Assembly: GCA_903870275.1 (NCBI GenBank)
Contig: CAIQCK010000103.1
Location: 3,819 to 67,818, forward strand
DNA: 64,000 nucleotides
Source of the DNA: an uncultured bacterium
GTDB lineage: Bacteria; Verrucomicrobiota; Verrucomicrobiia; CAIQCK01
Direction of reading: 5' to 3'
Shown here: positions 29,661 to 41,706 of the stretch, in pieces
Layout of the letters: every line of letters begins with the position of its first letter
How positions within the stretch are numbered: the stretch's first letter is position 1
Made by a program: the position numbers and the translations under genes
Notes under the pieces: generated by a model
Database searches by the model: none
The model's input: the letters and a program-made list of their open reading frames with translations, nothing else
What the model was told of the DNA's origin: nothing

Positions 29661-30734
29661 CTTCACTTTCCTTCCCGCCAGCTCCTCGTAGAGATCCTCC
29701 AGCCGCCGGGCCATCCGGTCGAGGCTGAAGCTCTCCACCACGTGCGCGCGGGCGGCGTCGGCGAGACGTTGCGCCAGAGCCCGGTCGCGCAACAGCCGCG
29801 CCACGGCCTCCGCCAGCGCCCCCACGTCGCCCGATTGCACCACAAGGCCGTCGCGCTCGTGCGTGACGATCTCGCGCAGACCGTCCACGTTCGTCACGAC
29901 CACCGGCCGCGCCATCGCCATCGCCTCCAGCACGGCCAGCCCCAATCCCTCCCACAAGGCCGGCAGCACCACCACCGCCGCCCGTGCCAGCACCGGCTGC
30001 ACGTCCGGCACCGTGCCGAGGAAGTTGACGCGGCTGCCGATCCCAAGCTGCCCGGCGCGTGTTTGCAGTTCATCTCGCAGCATGCCGCCGCCGGCCAGTT
30101 CGAGCCGCAGGTCGGGAAACTCGCTCAACAACCGCCGCATGGCCTCCAGCAGGATGCGGTGGCCCTTCTGCTGGGTGAAGTTGGCCACGCAGACGACCGG
30201 CCCGGCCGCCGGCAGCGGTTGCGGCGCGAATTTTCCGCAATCCACGCCGTTGTGAATCACCTCCAGCCGGCGCGCGTGCCGATACTCCGCCGCCACCGCG
30301 CTCGACACCGCCACGACCGCGTCCACGCGCCGCTCCACCCAGCGCCCCACCGGCCGCAGCCGGCGGTCATGCCGGTCGTAATAGCGGACATTGTGCTTGG
30401 TGGAGACAATCGCCCGCGTCCACGCCAGCCGCCCCGCCGCATAACCCAGAATGTCCGCCTGGATCAGATGCGTGTGCAGGACCTCGATCCGCTCCCGCTT
30501 CAGCAACTGCGCCAGCCGCCACGCCGGCCAGGGGTCGAACTTCTGTGTCGAGCGCAGATGGTGAACGCGGATGCCGGCCCGCTCCAGTTCCGCCGCCAGC
30601 GGCGCGTCGCCGTGAAGATAAGCCACCTGCGGCTCGACCTTGGTGCGGTCAAGGCGTGGCAGCACCGTCGTCAACAGGCGCTCGGCGCCACCGACGTTCA
30701 GCTCGGTAATAAAATTCAAGACGCGGCAAGGCAT
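29655..30734 (-). CDS. Family 4 (GT-B) glycosyltransferase
   Basis: From MPCRVLNFITELNVGGAE. C-terminal EGLGLAVLEAMAMARPVVVTNVDGLRE (the E-x7-E motif). The track ORF's N-terminal 22 codons overlap the upstream gene, so the ATG at 30734 was chosen. Confidence 0.8.
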   Translation of the reverse strand: MPCRVLNFITELNVGGAERLLTTVLPRLDRTKVEPQVAYLHGDAPLAAELERAGIRVHHLRSTQKFDPWPAWRLAQLLKRERIEVLHTHLIQADILGYAAGRLAWTRAIVSTKHNVRYYDRHDRRLRPVGRWVERRVDAVVAVSSAVAAEYRHARRLEVIHNGVDCGKFAPQPLPAAGPVVCVANFTQQKGHRILLEAMRRLLSEFPDLRLELAGGGMLRDELQTRAGQLGIGSRVNFLGTVPDVQPVLARAAVVVLPALWEGLGLAVLEAMAMARPVVVTNVDGLREIVTHERDGLVVQSGDVGALAEAVARLLRDRALAQRLADAARAHVVESFSLDRMARRLEDLYEELAGRKVKS

Positions 30735-31864
30735 TGGTTGATTTCCTGAATCACGCGGTCCACGTCGAGTTGCCGCATGCAGCGGTGTTGAAAGTCGCAA
30801 CGCATCGGCGGGACGGCGGCGCAGTGTTGCTCATTTTCGGCGGCGGAACAAGCCAACATTGTCCACACCACGCGCTCGTTGGGCCAGCGCGGCAGGAAGC
30901 GCGGGTTTGTCGGCCCGTAGATTGCCACCGTCGGCACGCCGAGGCTCGCAACAATGTGCGTCAGTCCCGTGTCGAGTCCGACATAAACGCGGCAGCCGCG
31001 CGCCAGCGCCGCCACCTGGCGCACCGTCAGGTTGACGATCTCCGCCGGGTCGGACGGTCCGCCGACGAGCGCCACGCGCAAACTGCGCGCCCGGAAATGT
31101 CCGGCGACGGCGCGAAAATTCTCCACCGGCCAGAGCTTCAGCGGAAACCCCGCGCCAACGTGCAGGAGGATGTCGTACGCCGGGGGCGCAGCCGTCCCGC
31201 CCGCCGAAAGGGTGAAGTATACCCCTCTCGTAGACGATACCGGATTTGCCCCCCACCCTTGTCCCAAGGGTGGAACGCCGACACTCCCGGCAATTTCATT
31301 CTCGAGATAAATCGCCGGCATCTGGCCGCCCGCGTCCGCGCCGGCCAGTGCCGCCACCGCGTTGTATTTTTCCACCAACGGAATTTGGGAAACCGGCCGC
31401 AGTTCGCGGTCGAACACAAAACCCAATCCCGACCGCGAAAATCCGACGCTCCAACGCGGCCGGGCCAGCGCCGCCAGCGCGCAACTCGCCGGCACGCCGG
31501 TGAAATCCACGAGCAAGTCGCAACCGCGCAGCCGTCGCGCCAGCGCGAACAGTCCGCGCCAATCCGTGCGCGGCTCGCGGGTCCGGTCGTTGCAAAGCCC
31601 GTCGAAGCAAATGATCTCGCGCAGATGCGGATTACCAAGCAGCGCTTCGCGGGCGCGCGATTTGACGACGGCGTCCATGACGGCGTTTGGAAAGCGGCGT
31701 TTGAGCACGGCGATGGCCGGCGTGGCCAAGAACACATCGCCGAGATAATGGAAATGCAGGATGCCAATGCGGCGGACGTTTTCCGGTGTCGGCGCGCGAC
31801 GACCGCGCCGCCGCCACAGCGCGGCGCCGGCGGCGTGAAAGAGACCGGCCAGCAAACGTTTCAT
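30716..31864 (-). CDS. Family 9 glycosyltransferase (ADP-heptose:LPS heptosyltransferase-like)
   Basis: From MKRLLAGLF (ATG at 31864). ILHFHYLGDVFLATPAI, and GLDTGLTHIVASLGVPTVAIYGPTNP is the GT9 C-terminal signature. The track ORF runs upstream through the tRNA and is spurious there. Confidence 0.8.
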   Translation of the reverse strand: MKRLLAGLFHAAGAALWRRRGRRAPTPENVRRIGILHFHYLGDVFLATPAIAVLKRRFPNAVMDAVVKSRAREALLGNPHLREIICFDGLCNDRTREPRTDWRGLFALARRLRGCDLLVDFTGVPASCALAALARPRWSVGFSRSGLGFVFDRELRPVSQIPLVEKYNAVAALAGADAGGQMPAIYLENEIAGSVGVPPLGQGWGANPVSSTRGVYFTLSAGGTAAPPAYDILLHVGAGFPLKLWPVENFRAVAGHFRARSLRVALVGGPSDPAEIVNLTVRQVAALARGCRVYVGLDTGLTHIVASLGVPTVAIYGPTNPRFLPRWPNERVVWTMLACSAAENEQHCAAVPPMRCDFQHRCMRQLDVDRVIQEINQCLAAS

Positions 31865-31897
31865 GACGGCTGCAGACTTCACCGCTCGGATGGAAAA

Positions 31898-31972
31898 TGG
31901 TGGGCGCTGTTGGGATTGAACCAACGACCCCTTGCGTGTGAAGCAAGTGCTCTCCCACTGAGCTAAGCGCCC
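31898..31972 (-). tRNA. tRNA-Val (anticodon CAC)
   Basis: The reverse complement folds as a cloverleaf: 7-bp acceptor stem (GGGCGCT / AGCGCCC), D-arm GCTC/GAGC, anticodon stem CTTGC/GCAAG with loop TTCACAC, T-arm GTTGG-TTCAATC-CCAAC. Discriminator A and CCA are genome-encoded. 75 nt. Confidence 0.85.
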
Positions 31973-32105
31973 AACCGAGGGCCGAAATTTATAATGCAGC
32001 GCGGCGGCGGTTTCAACCGGTAATTTCAACAACGTTTGGAATGGGGGCACATCGCGCTTCACCGACCGCCCTGAAAAGGCGGCGGGCAGCTCATCGGTTT
32101 TCGAT

Positions 32106-33254
32106 TCAGACCGCCGGCAGCGTGAACCAGAACGTGCTGCCCTTGCCGACTTCGCTTTCCACACCGATCTGGCCGCCGTGCGCTTCGATGGCGAGTTTGC
32201 TGAACACCAGCCCCATGCCGACGGTGTATTGACGCAAGTTCTGTTCAACCACGCCGTATTTTTCGAAGATTTTCCCGCGAGATTCGGGGCGAATCCCCGA
32301 TCCCGTGTCGGTCACCGCCACGCGCGCCATGGCATGGTGCCGGCTCACGGTGACACGGATCCGGCCGTTGTCGGGAGACGCCTTGATGGCATTGCCAACC
32401 AGAGCGGCCAGCACCCGTTGAATGATCTCCTTGTCGGCGTTGGCCACGACCGGCTCCAGTTGCAATTCGACGCTCAGAAAACGCTCTTCCACCAGGGAGC
32501 CGATGGATTCCATGACCGCCTGCATCAAGACCGCGAGGTCGTAAGCCTGCCGGTTCAAAGGCAGTTCACCCGCCTCCAGGCGGCTGGCATCCACCAGCGA
32601 GGCAATCATGCCGACCAGCCTCTCCGTGTTCTGACGAATGCTGTCGAAATACCGCACCTCGGTGCTGGTGAGTTTTCCGGCGGTCTTCGCCTTGAGCAGG
32701 TCCAGATAACCCATCATCGCCGCGATCGGCGAGCGCAAATCGTGCGCGATCATATGAACCAGATTGTCGCGGAAGATTTCGAGGTCGCGGAGGTGAGTGT
32801 AGCTCATCTGCAGCTGCTGGTTTTGCTGCTCCAGATTTTCTTGATAGCAGCGGTTGGCTTCCGTCAGGCGCGCGCGCTCGTCTTCGGACGCCTTCAGCCT
32901 GACGGCGTTGCCCACGCAACGCAGGATCGTCTCCTTGGAAATCGGCTTGACGAGGTAGTCGAACGCGCCGGCCCGCACGGCGGCGGCGGCCGTTTCCACG
33001 GCGGGCTGGCCCGTGATCATGATGACCTGAATGCGCGGCGATTCTTTGTGAATGGCTTGCAGGAGTTCCACGCCCGTGATGCGGGGCATCACGATGTCGG
33101 ACACCACCACGTCATAGTTTTTGGACGGGAGCCGTTGCAGCACCGCGACGGTTGCATCCTCCGCTGTTTCCACTTCGTATCCCGCATCCCGCAGAAACTC
33201 TTGCAGCGTCAGGCGGATGCTTTTTTCGTCGTCCACAATCAATATGCGAGCCAT
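32106..33254 (-). CDS. Hybrid response-regulator/histidine kinase (REC-HisKA-HATPase_c)
   Basis: N-terminal receiver (ILIVDDEKSIRL ... DVVVSDIVMP, phospho-acceptor Asp, ... LVKP). H-box HMIAHDLRSP. N, G1 and G2 boxes (GNAIKAS, DTGSGI, GMGLVFSKL). Confidence 0.85.
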   Translation of the reverse strand: MARILIVDDEKSIRLTLQEFLRDAGYEVETAEDATVAVLQRLPSKNYDVVVSDIVMPRITGVELLQAIHKESPRIQVIMITGQPAVETAAAAVRAGAFDYLVKPISKETILRCVGNAVRLKASEDERARLTEANRCYQENLEQQNQQLQMSYTHLRDLEIFRDNLVHMIAHDLRSPIAAMMGYLDLLKAKTAGKLTSTEVRYFDSIRQNTERLVGMIASLVDASRLEAGELPLNRQAYDLAVLMQAVMESIGSLVEERFLSVELQLEPVVANADKEIIQRVLAALVGNAIKASPDNGRIRVTVSRHHAMARVAVTDTGSGIRPESRGKIFEKYGVVEQNLRQYTVGMGLVFSKLAIEAHGGQIGVESEVGKGSTFWFTLPAV

Positions 33255-33266
33255 GCTTTCCTTTCG

Positions 33267-36200
33267 TTAGTCCTTGACGGGCAAATCCAGATGAAACCGC
33301 GTGTATAGCCCTGTTTGTGTCTCAAAGTGCAGTCCCCCTTGATGGTCTTTCGCGATGCCGTGGCTGATGGACAGTCCCAGACCCGTTCCTCCTTTTCCGA
33401 CCTTGGTGGTGAAGAAGGGGTCGAAAACACGGTCGCGGATTTCCCGAGGCACGCCGACCCCCTGGTCTTCAACGGTCAATCGAATCCAACGGCTTCCTTC
33501 CTTCTCCAGCGACCGGGCGGTGACGCGAATCGTCTTGTTTGCATCATGTTTCGGATACTTCTCGTTCAGCGCGTCGCGGGCGTTCGTCAGCAAGTTCAGA
33601 AACACCTGCTGGATTTGCTGGCTGTGGCACTTCACCTTGGGCAGGTCGGGAGGAACGTCCACGGTCAAGGCGATCTGGTCGTGCCGCATCACGGTCTGAA
33701 TGAGCCGGAGGACGGAGTTGACGATGTCGCTCATGTGCGTCCACTCGTGCTGCCGTTTGTCCTGCCGCGAAAAGGAGAGCAGGTTTTGGACGATCTGGGA
33801 CACGCGATCGGTTTCCTTGATGATCTCCGCCGCGTATTCCCGCAGGGGATTGTCCGCCGCCAGCCGGTCCACCATCAACTGCGCGTAGTTCATGATGCCG
33901 TTGATGGGATTGTTGATCTCGTGGGCGACGCCGCCCGCCAGCGTGCCGAGGGACTCCAGCTTTTGCGATTGGCGCAGTTGGGTTTCAAGCTCGGCTTCGC
34001 GCGTCACATCGAGCTTGAGGGCGATGTAGTTGACAATCCGGCCTGCTGCGTCCCGCACGGGGGAGATGGTGGCGTCCTCCTGGTAAAGCGTGCCATCCTT
34101 CTTTTTGTTGATCATGCGGCCATGCCAGACCTCGCCACGCGTGAGTGTCTCCCACATGTGCTGGTAGAACGCGGTGTCGTGTTTGCCGCTTTTGAGAACG
34201 CGCGGGTTCTGGCCAAGAGCCTCGTCGCGCGTGTAGCCGGTGATTTTCTCGAACGCCGGGTTGACATAGAGGATTGTGCCATGGGCATCGGTGATGACAA
34301 TGGTCTCGGCGGCTTGTTCCATGGCCGTGACCAGCCGCAGACGCTCCTCCTCCGCCCGCTTGCGCTCGGTGACGTCTTCCACAAATCCTTCGTAGAAAAG
34401 CACCCTGCCTTGCGAGCCCCGCGTGACGCGCGCGCTGGTGGAAACCCACATCGTGCTGCCGTCCTTGCGGTAGGCGCGGTTTTCAAATCCCCGCACTTCG
34501 CCCCGCTCTTCCAGTTGCCGTTGAAACTCCCGCCGGTATTCAGGGTGCAGGTAAAACTGGCGACCGATGTCCTGAACGGACGCCAGACACTCGGCGGGCG
34601 ACGCGTAGCCGTGCATGGCCGCGAACGCCGGGTTGACCGTGATCAACTTGCCGTCGGGCGTGCTCTGAAAAATGCCTTCCGCCGCGTTCTCAAAAATGCC
34701 GCGGTATTTCTCCTCCGCCTGGCGCAGTGCATCCTCCGTCCGCCGGCGTTCGGAAATGTCCCGGCTGACCCCCACGATGCCGACAAAGGCGTTCGTCTCG
34801 TCGAACATCCCGCTGTAGCCGACCTCGCACCATGCCGTCCAGCCATCCTTGCAGAGGTATTTGAGTTCGAGCGTTTCGCGCACGCGTTTGCCGGTCCGCA
34901 TCTGGGGGATCGTTTCGTCCAACTTCCCGCGAAGCGCCGTGGCGGAAGCCGCCACCAGCACTTGTTCCAAACCGCGCGACAGGACTTCCTCCGCCGTGTA
35001 GCCCAGCAACCGTTGAACCGAGGGACTCACGTAATTCAGCCGGCCCAACGTGTCCAGCGTCCAGATCACGTCGCTGGCGTTGTCGGCCAGCAACCGGAGG
35101 CGCTGTTCGTTCTCGCGCAACGTCTGTTCCATGAGCTTGCGCTCGCTGATGTCGCTCACCGTGCCCATCAGCCGGACCCGTTCGCCCTTTTCGTTGCGCC
35201 CGACGCGCCCCCGGACCGCAATCCAGCGCGGCGGCCGGCCCGGCCGGGCAATCCGGCACTCAAAACTGAGATGATCGGTGAACAGCGCCTGCGCAAAGCA
35301 ACGCTTGACCGGCTCAAGGTCTTCGGGCACGACATGCTTCAGGAGGATTTCGTAATTCCATTGGGATGGCGGGATGTCGTAGCCGAAAATTTGGTCGTGC
35401 CGCAACGTCCGCCAACTGGTGTCGCCGACCAAGTCCAACTCCCATGCACCCATCTGGCCTGCGTCCAGCGCGAGACGGAGCCGTTCCTCGCCTTGCTTCA
35501 ACTTCTCTTCAGCTTGTTTGCGCTCCGTCACGTCGTCGTAAACGGCCACCAACTCGCCCGACGGCAGCTTATAGACGTAATTTTCCCGCCACGAAACACT
35601 GCGACCCTGCTGGCGCAACGCACCGGAGTGCCGCTCGGGCACACCGGTTTTCCAAACGCGCCGGAACACGTCCAGCAACCCCATTTGCTGGACATTCGGA
35701 AACGTCTTGGCGATGCCTTTCCCAAGCAGTGCCTCCTTTTTCACGTTTTCGATCTGCTCGGCTGCCGTGTTAAAATCCTTGAAAATAAAATCCTCGCCGC
35801 TTCCCCGGACTTCGTAAACCGCGACGCCGCTTTTGATTCCGTTGAACAACTCCCGGTATCGTTTTTCGTTCTCGGCCAGTTGTTGCTCCGTTTGCGCGAG
35901 CTGCTTGCGATTCTGCGCCTCCTGCAAGGTCCGCCGCACGGCCGGCCCCAAACGGTTCAGCCTGTGCTTGAGCACGTAATCGGTCGCCCCTTGGTGCAGC
36001 GCGTCAATGGCGGTTTCCTCGCCAAGGTTGGCGGAAACGAAGATGAAGGGCACTTCGGGGCGTTTCTTTCGCGCAAGCTTCAGGGCGGACAGGCCGTCGT
36101 AGGACGGCAGGGAGTAATCGGCCAGAATCAGGTCCAGAGCCGGGTTCCGCAACCCGGCGGCAAAATCCGCCTCCGTCCAGACGCGCCGCACGCTGCACCG

Positions 36201-36287
36201 GATGCCTTCGCGCTTCAGTTCGCGCATCACCAGTTCGGCGTCGGCGGGGCGGTCTTCGAGGTTGAGTATCTGGAGTTCCTCGCTCAC
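33267..36287 (-). CDS. REC-PAS(x5)-histidine kinase
   Basis: Receiver domain ([25 protein letters not shown] ... LILADYSLP). Repeated PAS blocks with the diagnostic x-DIT-E-R-K ends. HisKA ([17 protein letters not shown]) plus HATPase_c (DQGVGVP..., GGTGLGLSI). The start is proposed as GTG 36287, which overlaps the upstream stop as GTGA. The track ATG at 36356 would overlap the upstream gene by 72 nt. Confidence 0.8.
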   Translation of the reverse strand: MSEELQILNLEDRPADAELVMRELKREGIRCSVRRVWTEADFAAGLRNPALDLILADYSLPSYDGLSALKLARKKRPEVPFIFVSANLGEETAIDALHQGATDYVLKHRLNRLGPAVRRTLQEAQNRKQLAQTEQQLAENEKRYRELFNGIKSGVAVYEVRGSGEDFIFKDFNTAAEQIENVKKEALLGKGIAKTFPNVQQMGLLDVFRRVWKTGVPERHSGALRQQGRSVSWRENYVYKLPSGELVAVYDDVTERKQAEEKLKQGEERLRLALDAGQMGAWELDLVGDTSWRTLRHDQIFGYDIPPSQWNYEILLKHVVPEDLEPVKRCFAQALFTDHLSFECRIARPGRPPRWIAVRGRVGRNEKGERVRLMGTVSDISERKLMEQTLRENEQRLRLLADNASDVIWTLDTLGRLNYVSPSVQRLLGYTAEEVLSRGLEQVLVAASATALRGKLDETIPQMRTGKRVRETLELKYLCKDGWTAWCEVGYSGMFDETNAFVGIVGVSRDISERRRTEDALRQAEEKYRGIFENAAEGIFQSTPDGKLITVNPAFAAMHGYASPAECLASVQDIGRQFYLHPEYRREFQRQLEERGEVRGFENRAYRKDGSTMWVSTSARVTRGSQGRVLFYEGFVEDVTERKRAEEERLRLVTAMEQAAETIVITDAHGTILYVNPAFEKITGYTRDEALGQNPRVLKSGKHDTAFYQHMWETLTRGEVWHGRMINKKKDGTLYQEDATISPVRDAAGRIVNYIALKLDVTREAELETQLRQSQKLESLGTLAGGVAHEINNPINGIMNYAQLMVDRLAADNPLREYAAEIIKETDRVSQIVQNLLSFSRQDKRQHEWTHMSDIVNSVLRLIQTVMRHDQIALTVDVPPDLPKVKCHSQQIQQVFLNLLTNARDALNEKYPKHDANKTIRVTARSLEKEGSRWIRLTVEDQGVGVPREIRDRVFDPFFTTKVGKGGTGLGLSISHGIAKDHQGGLHFETQTGLYTRFHLDLPVKD

Positions 36288-36760
36288 GGCTTGGCGGTGG
36301 GAAAGCGCACTCCGGATGGACGTTCCGGCGGCTGGTTCAACAACAGCCAGTAACATCCCAGTTGCGCGACAGCTTCGGAAAAGTTGTCGAAGTTCACGGG
36401 CTTGACGATGTAGCTGTTCACGCCCAACTCGTAACTGCGTACGATGTCCTGCTCCTCGCGAGAGGAAGTGAGCACCACCACCGGGATGGTCTTCACGGAG
36501 TTGTCGGACTTGAGCTTGCGCAAGACATCCAGACCGTCCACCTTGGGCAGCTTCAGGTCCAACAGGATGATCTTGGGCCGGTTGCGCACCCGGCTGTTTC
36601 CGCCGCGAGGACCAAAGATAAACTCCAGCGCCTCTTCGCCGTCCTTGACCCAGACTAGTTTGTTGGTCAGGTTGCGTTTCTTGAGCGAGCGCATGGCCAG
36701 TTCGGCGTCGCGCGGATTGTCTTCAACCAACAGGATTTGAACTTCGCTATTTGTGCTCAT
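36284..36760 (-). CDS. Stand-alone response-regulator receiver (CheY-like)
   Basis: [28 protein letters not shown] ... [13 protein letters not shown] ... VVVLTSS ... VNSYIVKP. 158 aa. Its ATG overlaps the kinase stop as ATGA. Confidence 0.85.
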   Translation of the reverse strand: MSTNSEVQILLVEDNPRDAELAMRSLKKRNLTNKLVWVKDGEEALEFIFGPRGGNSRVRNRPKIILLDLKLPKVDGLDVLRKLKSDNSVKTIPVVVLTSSREEQDIVRSYELGVNSYIVKPVNFDNFSEAVAQLGCYWLLLNQPPERPSGVRFPTAKP

Positions 36761-39700
36761 GGTCGTCCCTTTCTTACCGGCAGTGAGAAACAAAACATCG
36801 CGCCCTCGTTGAGAGTTGCCTCCGCCCGGACGCGGCCGCCGTGGCGGTGGATCACGCGCTGGACAATGGCCAGCCCGACACCCGTGCCCTCGAACTCAGC
36901 GTCGCCGTGCAACCGCTGGAACACGCCGAAGAGTTTGCCCACATATTTCATGTCGAAGCCGACGCCGTTGTCCTTCACGTAGTAGAGATGCTCCGAGCCT
37001 TCCGCACGGCCTCCGATCTCAATGATCGCCGTCTCCTTTGGACGGGTGTATTTGATGGCGTTGGAAATGAGGTTTACCCACACCTGGCGGAGCATAGCCC
37101 AGTCGCCCTCCGCCGGCGGCAGCGGATGAAGTTGGAACTGGATCTGCCGGCCCGTCGCCCGGGCCGCGCACTCGTCAAAGACCGCCTGAGCCAACCCGCC
37201 CATGTCAATCTCCACCGCATCCAAGGACTGGCGCCCCACCCGCGAAAACGCCAGCAGATCGTCAATCAACTGGCCCATGCGCTTGGTTTCGTCGCAGATG
37301 ATGTCCACGGTCCGCCGGCCTTCCTCGCCGAGTTGCTTGACATGGTCTTCCACCAGGATGTTCGCGAAGCCGTTGATGGCCCGCAGCGGCGCGCGCAAGT
37401 CGTGCGACACCGAGTAGGAAAACGCCTCGAGTTCCTTGTTGGCCGCCTCCAGTTGGGCAGTGCGCTGGATAACGCGCGTCTCCAGTTCGGCGTTGAGGGT
37501 GTTGATTTCCTCCTCCGTCCGCTTGCGCTCGGTGATGTCGCGACCCACAACCACCGATCCGACAATCGTACCGTCTTTGTCGCGAATAGGGGCGAAACTG
37601 TAGCTGCCCACCCACGTTTCGCCCGTGTCTTTGCGTCGCAGCACATGCTCCACATTGGTGGCCGTTTCGCCCCGGAGCGCTCTTGGAACCGCCCACTGAT
37701 CCGACGGCACCGGTTCGCCATTGGTCATGAATACGTCCAGAATCGCGTTGTAATCAGCCAGGATTCGACTGCATTGATCCTTGCTCTTGAACTTATGGAA
37801 CGTCGCGAAGGCGTCGTTGAACTCGATAAACCGCCCCTTGGAATCGGAAATAAACACGGCATCGGTCATGCTGGACATAGCTGCCTGCATTTTCGCCCGG
37901 CTCGCCAGCATCAGTTCCTCGGCCTGTTTGCGCGCGCTGATGTCACGCACAATGACTTGCGCGCCGGGCTTTCCCTCAAAGGTGAACGGCATGGCCCCCG
38001 CCTCCACGTCCACCACGCTGCCATCCAGTCGCAGAAACTGCTCTTCGATGATGGGAAGCGGCTCCGGGTTTCTTTCCATGGCCGCCATGCGCTCCAGAAC
38101 CTCCTGCCGGAACCTTGGGTGGATGAAATCCAAAATGAACTTGCCAAGCAGTTGTTCCGGCCGATCCGCGCCGAAAAGTTTCAGGCCGGCCGGATTGATG
38201 TAAACAAACTTCCGGTCCGAGGAGATGAAAATGGTGTCCGGAGACGACTCCACCAGCCGGCGGTAACGCTCCTCGCTTTCCCGCAGACTCTGTTGGCTCA
38301 GCCGATAGGCGATGGCTACCGCCAGATTGTCGGCCAGCCGCTCCAGCAACGCGACGCGTTCCGGCGTGAAACGCCCTTTGCGCTTGTCGTTGATTTGCAA
38401 CAGTCCGCAGGTGGTCTGGCTCGTGCGCAACGCCACGAGGGCTACCGATTCATAGCCTTCGCCATTGCAACGATTGCGCGTGCGGCCCTGGCGGTCGGCT
38501 TCCGTGGTGCCGGCCAGGAGTTCGGTGGTGGAATTGGTCCAAAAACTGCCGCGCGCGGTGAAGAACGGCTTCGTGCGGTTGAACCGTCCGCAGATCACGT
38601 TGCCGCACATGCAATCCAACACGGGATGGCCGTCGCTGTCCTGCAACGGCCGGCCCTCCGCGTCGTGCAGGCACAGTTTGTCTTCCGCGCGGACAAATTC
38701 CGCCGGAAACCCGCGTGTCTCAAAATACGGATAGTCGCCGTCCTCGCGCAGCCGGATGCCCACGGCATCGCAGTCGAGCCACTCCTTCAGCAACAGCGTC
38801 GAGTCCCGCAACAACTCGCGCAGGTTGCTGGCGGCGTTGAACACCCTGAGCAAATGCACCGTGATCTCGCGATCTCCTTCCAATCGCTTGCGTTCTGTGA
38901 TCACGTCGAACACGGCCACGAAGTGTTCCTTGGCGGGGCTATACACCGCGATTTCGAACCAGTCCTGCAGGCCCTCCACATAAACCTCGAACCGCTCCGG
39001 CACGCCGGTCGCCGCCACACGACCGTAGGTTTCAAGCAACTTTGGGTCGGCCTCGCGAATGCCGGGGATGATTTCGGTGATTTTCCGTCCGACGACATTC
39101 TTCAAGCCGGTTAGTTTTTCAAAAGCGTCGTTGACAGCCAGATAGACGAAGTCCTGCGGCCGGCCTTCCTCGTAAATCATCCGGCAATAGGCGAAACCGT
39201 TGAGCATGTTCTCGAACAAGAAGCGGTATTTCTCCGCGCTTTGCCGCGCCAGCTCCTGCGCCTCCTTGCGCTGGGTGATATCGCGGATGATGGCCAGCCC
39301 GCAGCGGACGCCGCCGACCTCCACAAACCGGTCGCTGCTCTCCACCGGGAACGTCGTGCCGTCCTTGCGCCGGTGGACGGTTTCAAACATGGCGGTGCTG
39401 TCGCGTTCCAGCCGCCAGACTTGTTGCGCGGCATCCTCGTGAGCCTCTGGCGCGCGCAAGTCAGTTAGCCGCATCCGCAGCAGTTCGGCCCGCGAATAAC
39501 CGTAGCTCTCCACGGCACGGTCGTTGGCTTCGAGGATCTTCCACTCCTTGTCGGTCAGCAGGATGATGTCGTTGGCGTTTTTCATCAGGTGCTCGATGCG
39601 CTGGGCCATCGCCACCCGCTCCTGCTCGACCCACAACTGGCGTCGCAACAAATTCACATCGTGCCGCCGCCAGAGCATCGCCACGCTGAGGCAGACGACG

Positions 39701-41385
39701 ACGGCCAGCAATCCCATCCCGCCCCAAACGGTTTGGGCCTGCCGCCGCAACTCGGCATAAATTTCGTCCCGATCCACCTTCGCGATCATGAACCAAGGCG
39801 TATCGGGAACGGCGCGGATGACGGCCAGCACCGGCACGCCGCGATAGTCCGCGCCCTCCACGCGGCCGGTCTCGCCCCGCGCCGCCATCGCCGCCGGCAA
39901 ATCTTTCTTGCCGATGGGCATTCGCAACGCGAGGGCAGTGTTTGTGCGATGGCGCAGTTCGCTCAGAAACAGCACGTCCCCGCCTTCGCGCCGCACCAGC
40001 AGCGTCTCTCCCGTCCGACTCGGCGTCGGCCACTCTCGCAACAGCGGATAGAGAAACCGCTCCGGGTCCACCTCCATGTCAATAGCGCCGATGGCTGGGC
40101 CGCCGTTCGCCGCGAGAATTGGCACCGCGAGGTCGAGATGGATATCTCCGTTGAACCGGCTGCGGTGCAGGTCGGACATGACAACCTCGCTCGAGCGCAT
40201 GGCTTGCTGCGCGTAGCTCACGCCGATGGGGCCAACACCGGTTCTCTCCGAGGGAGAAACCAGAAGCACCCGGCCCGTCGCGTCCGTCAGCGCCACGCAC
40301 AAAGCCTGGTTGTGTTCCCTCAAGGCGTCGAGCCATTGCGTCAGCCGTTCGGGCGAGATGCTGTTGGTCGAATCCTTGAGAAAGTGATTCATCGCCTCGA
40401 TCATGAAGGGATTCAGCAGCCAGGAGCGGGCGTCGCCGAGGCGTTCGGCGCGCCAGTCCACGATCTGCCGCACCTTCAAGTCCGCAATGGCGGTCACGTC
40501 GCCCATCGCGCTCTTGCGCGCCAGGGTGTCCAGATGATTGAGGAAGAAGAAACCGGCGGCCGCTGTCGCCGCGACAACAGACATCAATGCCGCTAGCAGC
40601 GTCAGGCCGAAACTCCGCCGTGACGGCAACGCTGACGCGGCCTGGCCGAACACCATTTGCAACGGCCATCGGTCCAGGCCCGCGGCAAACAAGAGGCCCG
40701 CGCCCAGCAACGTCAACGCAACGGCCGAGGCCGGCGCCATGGGAATCCAGTCGCTTTCGTGAAGGATGGACACGCCCATCGCGTAGCCGAGAATCGCCGA
40801 AAGGCCCAGCAACGTCACCATCAACGCGAATCCGGCGGCCAGTTGTCGAAGCTCCCGCCACCGGCCTATCGGCGGCAGTTGCGTCAGCAACGCCAGCGCC
40901 GCCACCAACAATCCCCCCGCGCTCATCACGGATATCCGACCCACCGGCACGCCGCCGACCTTGGCATGAACGTCCGCCAGCCAGCGTTCGAGGCTGGGGA
41001 TGGCGCCGCTCTCTTTCGTCAACGCCAGCAGACAGAACGCGACCACAGCCAACGCCGCCAGATAAGCCGCTGCTATCGGAACCCAACGCGACGGCCAGCG
41101 GTGGCGCAGGAACAACGCGCCGCTGAGCAGGACTGTCAAGCACGCCGTCAACGGCGCCATCGGCACATGCTCGTCGCCGAATGCGCCCCACTGCCAGCGG
41201 CCACTCCACCATGAGACCATCGCCAGCGCCGCGATGCCCGCCGCGCCAAACGCGCCCCACGCCACCGCGCGGCGCTGAATGATCTGCTGTTTGGAATCCG
41301 CGTTCACGCTCGTTGGCCGTAGTAGCAGTTCGTGGGCATCCCTGGACCGCGAGCGGTCTTCCACCAGGATATCATGGCAGTCCAC
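36757..41385 (-). CDS. Membrane-anchored multi-sensor histidine kinase (polytopic N-terminal region, extracytoplasmic domain, PAS x4-5, GAF, HisKA, HATPase_c)
   Basis: 1542-aa ORF. At least 8 transmembrane helices in the first about 300 aa and a large loop between transmembrane helices. PAS repeats ([33 protein letters not shown]), a GAF-like segment ([24 protein letters not shown]), H-box SHDLRAPLR and G-boxes ([16 protein letters not shown]). The true start codon is uncertain. Confidence 0.85.
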   Translation of the reverse strand: MDCHDILVEDRSRSRDAHELLLRPTSVNADSKQQIIQRRAVAWGAFGAAGIAALAMVSWWSGRWQWGAFGDEHVPMAPLTACLTVLLSGALFLRHRWPSRWVPIAAAYLAALAVVAFCLLALTKESGAIPSLERWLADVHAKVGGVPVGRISVMSAGGLLVAALALLTQLPPIGRWRELRQLAAGFALMVTLLGLSAILGYAMGVSILHESDWIPMAPASAVALTLLGAGLLFAAGLDRWPLQMVFGQAASALPSRRSFGLTLLAALMSVVAATAAAGFFFLNHLDTLARKSAMGDVTAIADLKVRQIVDWRAERLGDARSWLLNPFMIEAMNHFLKDSTNSISPERLTQWLDALREHNQALCVALTDATGRVLLVSPSERTGVGPIGVSYAQQAMRSSEVVMSDLHRSRFNGDIHLDLAVPILAANGGPAIGAIDMEVDPERFLYPLLREWPTPSRTGETLLVRREGGDVLFLSELRHRTNTALALRMPIGKKDLPAAMAARGETGRVEGADYRGVPVLAVIRAVPDTPWFMIAKVDRDEIYAELRRQAQTVWGGMGLLAVVVCLSVAMLWRRHDVNLLRRQLWVEQERVAMAQRIEHLMKNANDIILLTDKEWKILEANDRAVESYGYSRAELLRMRLTDLRAPEAHEDAAQQVWRLERDSTAMFETVHRRKDGTTFPVESSDRFVEVGGVRCGLAIIRDITQRKEAQELARQSAEKYRFLFENMLNGFAYCRMIYEEGRPQDFVYLAVNDAFEKLTGLKNVVGRKITEIIPGIREADPKLLETYGRVAATGVPERFEVYVEGLQDWFEIAVYSPAKEHFVAVFDVITERKRLEGDREITVHLLRVFNAASNLRELLRDSTLLLKEWLDCDAVGIRLREDGDYPYFETRGFPAEFVRAEDKLCLHDAEGRPLQDSDGHPVLDCMCGNVICGRFNRTKPFFTARGSFWTNSTTELLAGTTEADRQGRTRNRCNGEGYESVALVALRTSQTTCGLLQINDKRKGRFTPERVALLERLADNLAVAIAYRLSQQSLRESEERYRRLVESSPDTIFISSDRKFVYINPAGLKLFGADRPEQLLGKFILDFIHPRFRQEVLERMAAMERNPEPLPIIEEQFLRLDGSVVDVEAGAMPFTFEGKPGAQVIVRDISARKQAEELMLASRAKMQAAMSSMTDAVFISDSKGRFIEFNDAFATFHKFKSKDQCSRILADYNAILDVFMTNGEPVPSDQWAVPRALRGETATNVEHVLRRKDTGETWVGSYSFAPIRDKDGTIVGSVVVGRDITERKRTEEEINTLNAELETRVIQRTAQLEAANKELEAFSYSVSHDLRAPLRAINGFANILVEDHVKQLGEEGRRTVDIICDETKRMGQLIDDLLAFSRVGRQSLDAVEIDMGGLAQAVFDECAARATGRQIQFQLHPLPPAEGDWAMLRQVWVNLISNAIKYTRPKETAIIEIGGRAEGSEHLYYVKDNGVGFDMKYVGKLFGVFQRLHGDAEFEGTGVGLAIVQRVIHRHGGRVRAEATLNEGAMFCFSLPVRKGRP

Positions 41386-41706
41386 GCAATGTGCGCGATC
41401 CTCCCTGAACTGCTGGCGATTCTCCCCGAACGCCTCAGGACACAGCTTGGCCCCCGCCCGCTGATTTCATCCTCCCTCATCGTTGGATTGATAACACAAT
41501 CCACGAAGGAAAAACTAGTTATGGCTCGCCTTGACTTCATTGCCACCCACCAACGCACAACTTTGCCGTTGTGCATGCCCATTCAAAACGACAGCTACGA
41601 ATGTCACCTCGGTTCAGCATGACCTTCCGTGCGCAGGCTAATACTCTTAACACCCTTCTCCTGACAGCGCTAGTCAGGAACCCGCCGACAGGGTGTAGGA
41701 ATTATC

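Noticed and set aside
30716-32248. N-terminal 128 codons of the track ORF for the GT9 gene
   Set aside because: The ORF runs straight through tRNA-Val. The GT9 homology starts at MKRLLAGLF (ATG 31864), so the upstream part is not coding.
33315-36353. 1012-aa plus-strand ORF and similar antisense ORFs (36841..39114, 39589..40596, 48657..50705, 59188..60348)
   Set aside because: All lie antisense to genes with strong kinase, PAS or FGE motifs. Long open antisense frames are expected at about 65% GC.
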